32,000 nucleotides of DNA, taken from NCBI RefSeq assembly GCF_000172995.2, contig NC_014729.1, positions 1,080,001 through 1,112,000 on the forward strand, given 5' to 3'. A model generated the notes under the pieces. That model was not told the DNA's origin and did not search any database. It saw only the letters and a program-made list of their open reading frames with translations. Below are positions 25,603 through 32,000 of this stretch, piece by piece. How positions within the stretch are numbered: position 1 is the stretch's first letter; the number at the start of each line of letters is the position of its first letter. The translations under genes were made by a program, and so were the position numbers. The DNA is from Halogeometricum borinquense DSM 11551 (GTDB taxonomy: Archaea; Halobacteriota; Halobacteria; Halobacteriales; Haloferacaceae).

Positions 25603-26655
25603 TCACCATTCCCCATTGTTAGTTTCCTCAACGATAGGTACATAAACGGTGACGACACTTCCTGACCCATTCGGCGCGTCCGCGACACGGAGATGGCCGC
25701 CGATACGGCGAACGACGGTCCGGACCAACCAAAATCCCAGTCCGCTTCCGTGGACGAGGTCCGTCTCCTCACCGTGTCGTAGCACCGCGCGTTCGTGATC
25801 CGGAATTCCGGGACCCTCGTCGGTGACACATATCTTCACCCAGTTGCCGTCAACGCGTGACGCATCAATGCGGACTTCGGGGCTGTCGCAACTGGTGTGT
25901 TTGACGCCGTTCTCGCAGAGTTCGTCGATCACGGCACTGAGGCGGGAGGAGACGTGGACATCAGCGACTTGCTGTTCGATCTGAATCGTCGCGTCGGGCC
26001 ATCCCATCTCCACCGCTGTCTGTACCTCGTGGAGGAGTTTCGGCAGGTGTGCAGACCGGTCGGTCGTCTCCTCGAACAGCCGTTCTATCTCCGTCGCTTT
26101 CTCCGTCAACGACAGCCACCGTTCGACAGCCCGCCCGACGACGTTCGCAGACTCCACGACGGATTCGTCGTCGTGTTGTGCGAGCATCTCGGCGTGTCCG
26201 TGCAAGACGTTCAGATCGTTGCGGATGTTGTGGCGCATCACCCGGTTGAGGACGTTTACATGTTGTTCGCGCCACTTCTGTTCTGTCACATCGACGTAGA
26301 CAGCGACCACACCAACCACCTCGCCATCAACTCGTCGAGGCGTCGCACGCACGACGGTCGAAATGACGTTTCCGTCGGCGGTGAGAAAGTCTCGTTCTTC
26401 CCGGTCGTAGTCGCCGCGCCGCGCCCGTTCGTACCCTCCGTGAAGGTGGTTCGCCGCGGATTCAGCGGTGTAAAACTCCGTGACGCGGCGGCCGATAACC
26501 GACTCGTAGTCATAGCCGAGTCGCTCAAGGAATCGGTCGTTACAGTCTTCGATCACGGGAACGCCGTCTTCGTCGGGACGAGTCACAACAACCAGGACCG
26601 GCAGATACGCGAACGGGTCCTCTTCTACCTCCTCAACCAATCGTCCCGTGTCCAT
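25603..26655 (-). CDS. Cytoplasmic PAS-domain sensor histidine kinase.
   Basis: About 350 aa from ATG 26653-26655; the track start at 26667 is TTG. PAS-like N-terminal half, H-box region VMRHNIRNDLNVLHGH, and HATPase_c motifs (DEGPGIP, GSGLGFWLV). Confidence 0.85.
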   Translation of the reverse strand: MDTGRLVEEVEEDPFAYLPVLVVVTRPDEDGVPVIEDCNDRFLERLGYDYESVIGRRVTEFYTAESAANHLHGGYERARRGDYDREERDFLTADGNVISTVVRATPRRVDGEVVGVVAVYVDVTEQKWREQHVNVLNRVMRHNIRNDLNVLHGHAEMLAQHDDESVVESANVVGRAVERWLSLTEKATEIERLFEETTDRSAHLPKLLHEVQTAVEMGWPDATIQIEQQVADVHVSSRLSAVIDELCENGVKHTSCDSPEVRIDASRVDGNWVKICVTDEGPGIPDHERAVLRHGEETDLVHGSGLGFWLVRTVVRRIGGHLRVADAPNGSGSVVTVYVPIVEETNNGEW

Positions 26656-26679
26656 TCGTTGTCCCAACCTAGAAACATC

Positions 26680-26690
26680 GAATATTCAAT
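26680..26690 (-). promoter_or_regulatory. TATA box for the histidine kinase gene (leaderless from ATG 26655).
   Basis: The minus strand reads ATTGAATATTC, centred about 30 nt upstream of ATG 26655. Confidence 0.4.
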
Positions 26691-26781
26691 CTTTCCCGAT
26701 AGTCAACATTACGTGAGTATCGTACACACGGATCGTGAGGGCGCTGGCGGCAATTCGAGCTGAGATGAGTAACCCACGTAG

Positions 26782-26790
26782 TTTTTAATA
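26782..26790 (+). promoter_or_regulatory. TATA-like element about 215 nt upstream of rnj.
   Basis: TTTTTAATA is the only strong AT element in the 26668-27000 gap. It predicts an RNA 5' end near 26812-26818. Confidence 0.35.
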
Positions 26791-26817
26791 CCCCAGTGTG
26801 TAGCCCCAACTACCGAT

Positions 26818-26948
26818 ACACCCGCGGGTAAGTGCGATGGCCTTGTGTCATCGCACGCGGGGCCGACGACCGACGCGCTGTAAGATGCCGGGGCCGTTCA
26901 GTCCCGTGACGCAACTCGTCGATTTGGGACGGGTTCGACACCCGCGGG
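26818..26948 (+). other. Structured segment bounded by 11-nt direct repeats. It may be a long rnj leader or an independent small RNA.
   Basis: ACACCCGCGGG occurs at 26818-26828 and again at 26938-26948. A perfect 8-bp hairpin pairs GTGCGATG (26832-26839) with CATCGCAC (26849-26856), closed by CCCGC/GCGGG (26821-26825 with 26857-26861). A long-range helix pairs CGACGA (26864-26869) with TCGTCG (26916-26921). Confidence 0.3.
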
Positions 26949-27000
26949 GCGTTTCAGTGAGCACCTTCGCCACGTTGTGGCTTTCAATGCTCGGAAAACC

Positions 27001-28353
27001 ATGGAAATCGAAATTGCAACCATAGGCGGTTACGAAGAAGTCGGTCGTCAGATGACGGCGGTTCGCGCGGGCGATGACGTCGTTGTCTTCGACATGGGCC
27101 TGAACCTGAGTCAGGTCCTCATCCACGACAACGTGGAGACCGAAAAGATGCACAGCCTCGACCTGATCGACATGGGCGCGATCCCTGACGACCGGGTCAT
27201 GTCCGACCTCGAAGGTGACGTGAAGGCCATCGTGCCCACGCACGGTCACCTCGACCACATCGGCGCCATCTCGAAACTGGCCCACCGCTACGATGCACCC
27301 ATCGTGGCATCCCCGTTCACCATCGAACTGGTCAAACAGCAGGTCGAAGGGGAGAACAAGTTCAACGTCGGCAACGACCTCGTGAAGATGGAAGCCGGCG
27401 AGATGATGTCCATCGGCGACTCCGGAAACGTCGAACTGGAATTCGTCCACGTCACACACTCCATCATCGACGCGATCAATCCGGTTCTCCACACGCCGGA
27501 GGGAGCCATCGTCTACGGTCTCGACAAGCGGATGGACCACTCGCCGGTCCTCGAAGACCCCATCGACATGAAGCGGTTCCGCGAGATCGGCCGTGAGGGT
27601 AACGGCGTTCTCGCGTACATCGAGGACTGTACGAACGCCGGTCGGAAGGGCCGCACGCCCTCGGAGTCCGTCGCGCGCAAGCACCTCGAAGACGTTATCC
27701 GGTCGGTCGAGGACTACGACGGCGGTATCGTGGCGACGACGTTCTCGTCGCACGTCTCCCGTGTGTCCTCTATTGTCGAGTTCGCCAAGGACATCGGCCG
27801 TCAGCCAGTGCTTCTCGGTCGCTCGATGGAGAAGTACTCCGGGACGGCTGAACGACTCGGCTTCGTGGACTTCCCCGACGACGTGGGCATGTACGGCCAC
27901 CGTAAGTCCGTTGACCGGACGTTCAAGCGCATCATGAAGGAGGGCAAGGAGAACTTCCTTCCCATCGTCACCGGCCACCAGGGTGAGCCGCGTGCGATGC
28001 TCACCCGGATGGGCCGCGGCGAGACGCCCTACGAAATCGAGAACGGTGACAAGGTCATCTTCTCGGCGCGAGTCATTCCGGAGCCGACGAACGAGGGCCA
28101 GCGTTACCAGTCCGAGCGGCTCCTGAAGATGCAGGGCGCGCGTATCTACGACGACATCCACGTCTCCGGCCACCTTCGTGAGGAGGGCCACTACCAGATG
28201 CTCGACGCACTGCAACCGCAACACGTCATCCCGGCCCACCAGAACCTCAAGGGCTTCTCGCCGTACGTGGACCTCTGTGAGTCGCAGGGTTACGACATGG
28301 GGCGCGACCTTCACGTCACCCGTAACGGCAACATGATTCAACTGGTGGAGTGA
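27001..28353 (+). CDS. rnj: Ribonuclease J (archaeal beta-CASP metallo-beta-lactamase RNase).
   Basis: 450 aa from ATG 27001 ([15 protein letters not shown]...), with the MBL motif [10 protein letters not shown] and beta-CASP-type motifs downstream. Confidence 0.9.
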   Translation: MEIEIATIGGYEEVGRQMTAVRAGDDVVVFDMGLNLSQVLIHDNVETEKMHSLDLIDMGAIPDDRVMSDLEGDVKAIVPTHGHLDHIGAISKLAHRYDAPIVASPFTIELVKQQVEGENKFNVGNDLVKMEAGEMMSIGDSGNVELEFVHVTHSIIDAINPVLHTPEGAIVYGLDKRMDHSPVLEDPIDMKRFREIGREGNGVLAYIEDCTNAGRKGRTPSESVARKHLEDVIRSVEDYDGGIVATTFSSHVSRVSSIVEFAKDIGRQPVLLGRSMEKYSGTAERLGFVDFPDDVGMYGHRKSVDRTFKRIMKEGKENFLPIVTGHQGEPRAMLTRMGRGETPYEIENGDKVIFSARVIPEPTNEGQRYQSERLLKMQGARIYDDIHVSGHLREEGHYQMLDALQPQHVIPAHQNLKGFSPYVDLCESQGYDMGRDLHVTRNGNMIQLVE

Positions 28354-28354
28354 G

Positions 28355-29401
28355 ATGAGTTCGGAAGCGACGGAGGAACGGGTGCTGGACGCGGTCAAAG
28401 CGCGGCGTGAACTCGTCAACGACGCGCTGGACGAGGACGTGCCGATGGCAGACCCAGAGCGACTGTACGAGGCGACGCGCTACCTCTTGGAGGCTGGCGG
28501 GAAACGTCTTCGTCCGACGGTAACGCTGCTTACCGCAGAGGCACTCGCGGACGCCGAACCGCTCTCGGAGGACTATCGGTCGTTCCCAGCGCTGGACGGT
28601 GCCGACATCGATGTGATGGCCGCCGCGGTGAGCATCGAGGTCATCCAGTCGTTCACGCTCATCCACGACGACATTATGGACGACGACGACCTCCGTCGTG
28701 GCGTCCCCGCAGTCCACAAAGAGTACGACACCGAGACGGCCATCCTCGCGGGCGACACACTCTACGCGAAGGCGTTCGAGTTCATGACCCAGACGGGTGC
28801 GGACCCGCAGAACGGACTCGAAGCAGTGCGTCTGTTGGCAACCACCTGTACCAAAATCTGCGAGGGGCAGGCGCTGGACGTGGAGTTCGAGCGCCGGACC
28901 GAGGTGTTGCCCGACGAGTATCTGGAGATGGTCGAACTGAAGACGGCCGTTCTCTACGGTGCGGCAGCCGCGACAGCCGGGGTGCTGATGGGTGCCGACG
29001 ACGAGACAGTCGAAGCGCTCTACCGGTACGGTATCGACTCCGGGTGTGCGTTCCAGATTCAAGACGACGTACTCGACTTGACTGTTCCGTCCGAGAAACT
29101 CGGCAAACAACGCGGGTCGGACCTCGTCGAGAACAAGGAGACGCTCATCACCTTGCACGCGCGCCAACAGGGCGTTAACGTGGAGGACCTCGTCGCCGCG
29201 GATACTGTCGAGGGCGTCACCGAAGACGACATCGACGCCGCTGTGGCGGAACTGAACAAGGTCGGTTCCATCGACTACGCCCGCGATAAGGCACAGGAAC
29301 TCACCGACAGAGCGAAACGCCACCTCGAAGTCCTTCCGGACAACGACGCGCGGTCGCTCTTGGCAGATATTTCGGACTATCTCATTAGTCGCGGCTACTA
29401 A
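28355..29401 (+). CDS. idsA: Polyprenyl (geranylgeranyl) diphosphate synthase.
   Basis: 348 aa. First Asp-rich motif LIHDDIMDDDDLRRG, second motif FQIQDDVLD. The ATG lies 1 nt after the rnj stop. Confidence 0.92.
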   Translation: MSSEATEERVLDAVKARRELVNDALDEDVPMADPERLYEATRYLLEAGGKRLRPTVTLLTAEALADAEPLSEDYRSFPALDGADIDVMAAAVSIEVIQSFTLIHDDIMDDDDLRRGVPAVHKEYDTETAILAGDTLYAKAFEFMTQTGADPQNGLEAVRLLATTCTKICEGQALDVEFERRTEVLPDEYLEMVELKTAVLYGAAAATAGVLMGADDETVEALYRYGIDSGCAFQIQDDVLDLTVPSEKLGKQRGSDLVENKETLITLHARQQGVNVEDLVAADTVEGVTEDDIDAAVAELNKVGSIDYARDKAQELTDRAKRHLEVLPDNDARSLLADISDYLISRGY

Positions 29402-29404
29402 CTG

Positions 29405-29420
29405 CGTCCCTCGCGGGGCG
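29405..29420 (+). terminator. Hairpin plus T-rich tract after idsA.
   Basis: CGTCCC-TCGC-GGGGCG (6 bp including one G-U pair), followed by TTCGTTTGC and a later GCTTTTCG. Confidence 0.35.
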
Positions 29421-29586
29421 TTCGTTTGCAACGCTCGATAGCGCTCCGCTTTTCGAACGTGAATCCGCGAAAGCGATATATACTGACCATGCTAATATTT
29501 GTCGTACCCCTACCCGTGCGCCCACACGGCGGGCATTGGAGTGCCGGTCGGGCTTTGGACGGTACTCGGTGTGCCCAAATCCGGGC

Positions 29587-29596
29587 TTGTTTTTAG
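29587..29596 (+). promoter_or_regulatory. TATA box for gltX (leaderless).
   Basis: TTGTTTTTAG is centred about 28 nt upstream of ATG 29620. Confidence 0.45.
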
Positions 29597-29619
29597 GCGG
29601 CGTGCGGAAGCAGAGGGTA

Positions 29620-31353
29620 ATGGACGACGACTTACGAGAGCGCGTCGAGCGAGAGGCGGAGAAACACGCCCTCCTCAACGCGGTCAAGTACGAGAGCGAC
29701 GCCGATGTGGGCGCGGTCATGGGACCACTCATGGGCGAGAACCCCGACTTCAGACCGCACGGTGACGAGATTCCGGGCGTTGTGGGCGGCGTCGTCGCTC
29801 GCGTGAACGACCTTCCGACCGAGAAAAAGCGCGACCGACTGGAGGAGTTGGCCCCCGAGGAACTCGCGGAGATGGAGGCCGAAGCAGAGGCGGACGACCA
29901 GATTCTACCGGACCTGCCGAACGTCGAAGAGTACGACGAGGTGCGAATGCGCGCGGCACCCAACCCGAACGGCCCGTGGCACATCGGCCACGCGCGGATG
30001 CCCGCCGTCATCGGGACGTACAAGGACCTTTACGACGGGTCGTTCATCGTCCGCTTCGACGACACCGACCCCGAAACGAAGCGCCCCGACTTAGACGCCT
30101 ACGATGCCATCTTGGAGGACGTAGAGTACCTCGGCTTCGAACCGGACGAGGTTCTGAGAGCCTCCGACCGGGTCGAGACGTACTACGACCACGCCCGAGA
30201 GATCATCGAGATGGGTAAGGCGTACACCTGTTCGTGTTCGGGTGAGGACTTCTCGGAGTTGAAGAACGCAGGCGAACCGTGTCCGCATCGCGATAAAGAC
30301 CCCGAGACGACCCGCGAGGAGTTCGAGGCGATGATCGACGGCGAGTACTCCTCCGGCGAGATGGTCCTCCGCATCAAGACCGACATCGAACACAAGAACC
30401 CCGCCCTGCGCGACTGGGTGGCGTTCCGGATGGTTGACACGCCGCACCCGCGCGAGGAGGCGGCGGACTACCGGTGCTGGCCGATGCTCGACTTCCAGTC
30501 CGGCGTTGACGACCACCTGACGGGCGTCACGCACATCATCCGCGGCATCGACTTGCAGGACTCCGCAAAGCGCCAAGGGTTCCTCTACGACTACTTCGGC
30601 TGGGAGTATCCCGAAGTCGTCCACTGGGGCCACGTGCAGGTGGACGCCTACGACGTGAAGATGTCCACTTCGACGCTCAAGGAGAAAATCGAGGCCGGCG
30701 AACTCGACGGCTGGGACGACCCGCGCGCACCAACCCTCAAGAGCCTCCGACGCCGCGGTATCCGCGGGTCGGCCATCGTGGATGCGATGCTCGAACTCGG
30801 CACCTCCACCTCCGACGTGGACCTGTCGATGTCGGCCATTTACTCGAACAACCGCGATATCGTGGACGACGAGGCAGACCGCTACTTCCTCGTGCGCGAC
30901 GGTGAGCGATTCGCCGTCGAAGGCGGACCGGACGCCGGTCATCCGGCGCTTCACCCCGACCACGAGGACCGCGGCGACCGGACCGTTCCGGCGACGGACG
31001 GCGTCCGCATCGAATCCGCGGACGTGCCCGCTTCGGGCGAACGCGTCTGGCTGAAAGGATACGGGTGCGTCCGCCGCGAGGACGACGCCCTCGTCCACAC
31101 CGACGACACCATCGAAGCGGTTCGCTCCGGCGACGTGGACGTGATTCACTGGGCACCCGCCGAGGACAACGTCGCCGTCCGAATGCGGACGATGGAGGGC
31201 GACGTGACCGGTGTCGCCGAACCCGACTTCGCCGACACGGAGACCGACGACGTGGTGCAGTTCGAGCGCATCGGGTTCGTCCGCGTCGATAGCCACGACA
31301 GCGATGCCCGCGACGCGGACGACGAGTCCGTCGTCTACTGGTCGCACAAATAA
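29620..31353 (+). CDS. gltX: Glutamyl-tRNA synthetase (archaeal/eukaryotic-type GluRS).
   Basis: 577 aa from ATG 29620 (MDDDLRERVE...), with class I motifs HIGHAR and KMSTS. The track ORF starts 84 nt upstream, within the promoter region. Confidence 0.93.
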   Translation: MDDDLRERVEREAEKHALLNAVKYESDADVGAVMGPLMGENPDFRPHGDEIPGVVGGVVARVNDLPTEKKRDRLEELAPEELAEMEAEAEADDQILPDLPNVEEYDEVRMRAAPNPNGPWHIGHARMPAVIGTYKDLYDGSFIVRFDDTDPETKRPDLDAYDAILEDVEYLGFEPDEVLRASDRVETYYDHAREIIEMGKAYTCSCSGEDFSELKNAGEPCPHRDKDPETTREEFEAMIDGEYSSGEMVLRIKTDIEHKNPALRDWVAFRMVDTPHPREEAADYRCWPMLDFQSGVDDHLTGVTHIIRGIDLQDSAKRQGFLYDYFGWEYPEVVHWGHVQVDAYDVKMSTSTLKEKIEAGELDGWDDPRAPTLKSLRRRGIRGSAIVDAMLELGTSTSDVDLSMSAIYSNNRDIVDDEADRYFLVRDGERFAVEGGPDAGHPALHPDHEDRGDRTVPATDGVRIESADVPASGERVWLKGYGCVRREDDALVHTDDTIEAVRSGDVDVIHWAPAEDNVAVRMRTMEGDVTGVAEPDFADTETDDVVQFERIGFVRVDSHDSDARDADDESVVYWSHK

Positions 31354-31360
31354 GCGGACG

Positions 31361-32000
31361 ATGACCCGACTGGTGGACCTCACGCGACCGGTCGAAACCG
31401 GGATGCCGACGTATCCCGGCGATCCCGACGTGGCCGTGACACCGCATGCGACGCAGGAAGCGGACGGCTACCGCGTCTCTCGTCTCGAACTCGGGACGCA
31501 CACCGGGACGCACATCGACGCCCCGGCGCACACCGAACGCGACGGCGCGACGCTCGATTCGTTCGACGCCGAGCGGTTCCGCTTCGATGCGCGTCTGGTA
31601 GACTGTCGCGGCGTCGGCGCGAACGAGGCCATCGGTTCCGAAGCAGTCCCCGAAACGGATGCGGAGATGCTCGTCTTCCGCACCGGGTGGGAAGCCGAAT
31701 GGGGGACCGACCGGATGACCGAGCATCCGTATCTCGCGCCGGAGACAGCCGAACGGTGCGCTGACGCCGGATACCATGTCGGCATCGACGCGCTCAGTCC
31801 GGATCCAACGGGCGGGAACGAAGCGAGCGACGGCGACGCGGACGGCCACAGCGACGAGTCGGGTGTCCCAGCCCACCACGCACTCCTTGGTGCCGGACTG
31901 CTAATCGTCGAAAATCTCACTAACCTCGGCGCGGTGCCAGAACGGTTCGAGTTACTCGCGCTCCCGTTGTGTGTGGACGCCGACGGCGCGCCCGTGCGGG
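31361..32000 (+). CDS. Cyclase family protein (kynurenine formamidase-like, PF04199 type). The 3' end lies outside the window.
   Basis: Hand translation from ATG 31361 stays open to the window end: MTRLVDLTRPVETGMPTYPGDP...LGTHTGTHIDAPAH... This carries the HxGTHxDxPxH motif. It is absent from the track because there is no stop in the window. Confidence 0.8.
   Translation, partial: MTRLVDLTRPVETGMPTYPGDPDVAVTPHATQEADGYRVSRLELGTHTGTHIDAPAHTERDGATLDSFDAERFRFDARLVDCRGVGANEAIGSEAVPETDAEMLVFRTGWEAEWGTDRMTEHPYLAPETAERCADAGYHVGIDALSPDPTGGNEASDGDADGHSDESGVPAHHALLGAGLLIVENLTNLGAVPERFELLALPLCVDADGAPVR

Noticed and set aside
26929-26953. A tRNA gene or tRNA fragment, suggested by the T-arm-like GGG-TTCGACA-CCC followed by GGGGCG.
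   Set aside because: No matching 5' acceptor strand, D arm or anticodon arm could be assembled on either strand, even allowing for an intron. It is reported only as a T-arm-like motif.
26848-31383. Long antisense ORFs opposite rnj, idsA and gltX (26848..28419, 28316..29431, 30091..31383). Similar shadows lie elsewhere, for example 1601..2713, 6046..6948, 9067..10236, 11900..12739, 17237..18094, 20751..21956 and 22500..23339.
   Set aside because: These are typical high-GC shadow frames. They are Arg/Gly/Val/His-rich with no motifs, and each fully overlaps a strongly supported gene on the other strand.
1-32000. CRISPR arrays, IS elements or transposases, integrases, rRNA genes and known defence-system genes.
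   Set aside because: None was seen. There are no regularly spaced repeats and no transposase-like or integrase-like ORFs. The only repeats are the short ones listed and the intragenic halocyanin duplication.

Overview
GC-rich haloarchaeal chromosomal window. Supporting signs are acidic proteins, twin-arginine signal peptides, and TATA-like boxes about 26-30 nt upstream of many start codons, which implies leaderless mRNAs. The gene order lsm-rpl37e and rnj-idsA-gltX resembles what I recall from Haloferax-type genomes. I support about 31 protein genes (two truncated by the window edges), one tRNA-Leu(GAG), and several promoter, terminator and repeat elements. All homology calls come from motif recognition by eye; no database search was run. 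Most of the window is housekeeping: an IF-2B family protein, a Gfo/Idh/MocA oxidoreductase with a TIM-barrel sugar isomerase, archease with RtcB, acyl-CoA dehydrogenase, AlaX, MBF1, PurF, LSm with L37e, RNase J, GGPP synthase, GluRS, and a copper-protein group (DUF420, multicopper oxidase, two-domain halocyanin). The standout is 386-6876, a compact cluster that looks like a lasso-type RiPP tailoring system. It holds an HPr-kinase-like P-loop kinase, a PF14907-like nucleotidyltransferase and a PqqD/RRE protein in one operon, plus a large GNAT and an ABC exporter. It also holds a 35-aa ORF (2674-2781, minus strand) that the ORF track does not list separately. That ORF's N-terminus matches the lasso leader motif YxxPxLx3Gx5Tx at all five conserved positions, and the peptide ends in Ser. 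The window contains no lasso cyclase and no B2 leader peptidase, and the predicted core has no Asp/Glu at positions 7-9. I therefore propose a cyclase-less, linear, C-terminally modified peptide pathway in an archaeon. This is inference and needs the checks listed in the findings.
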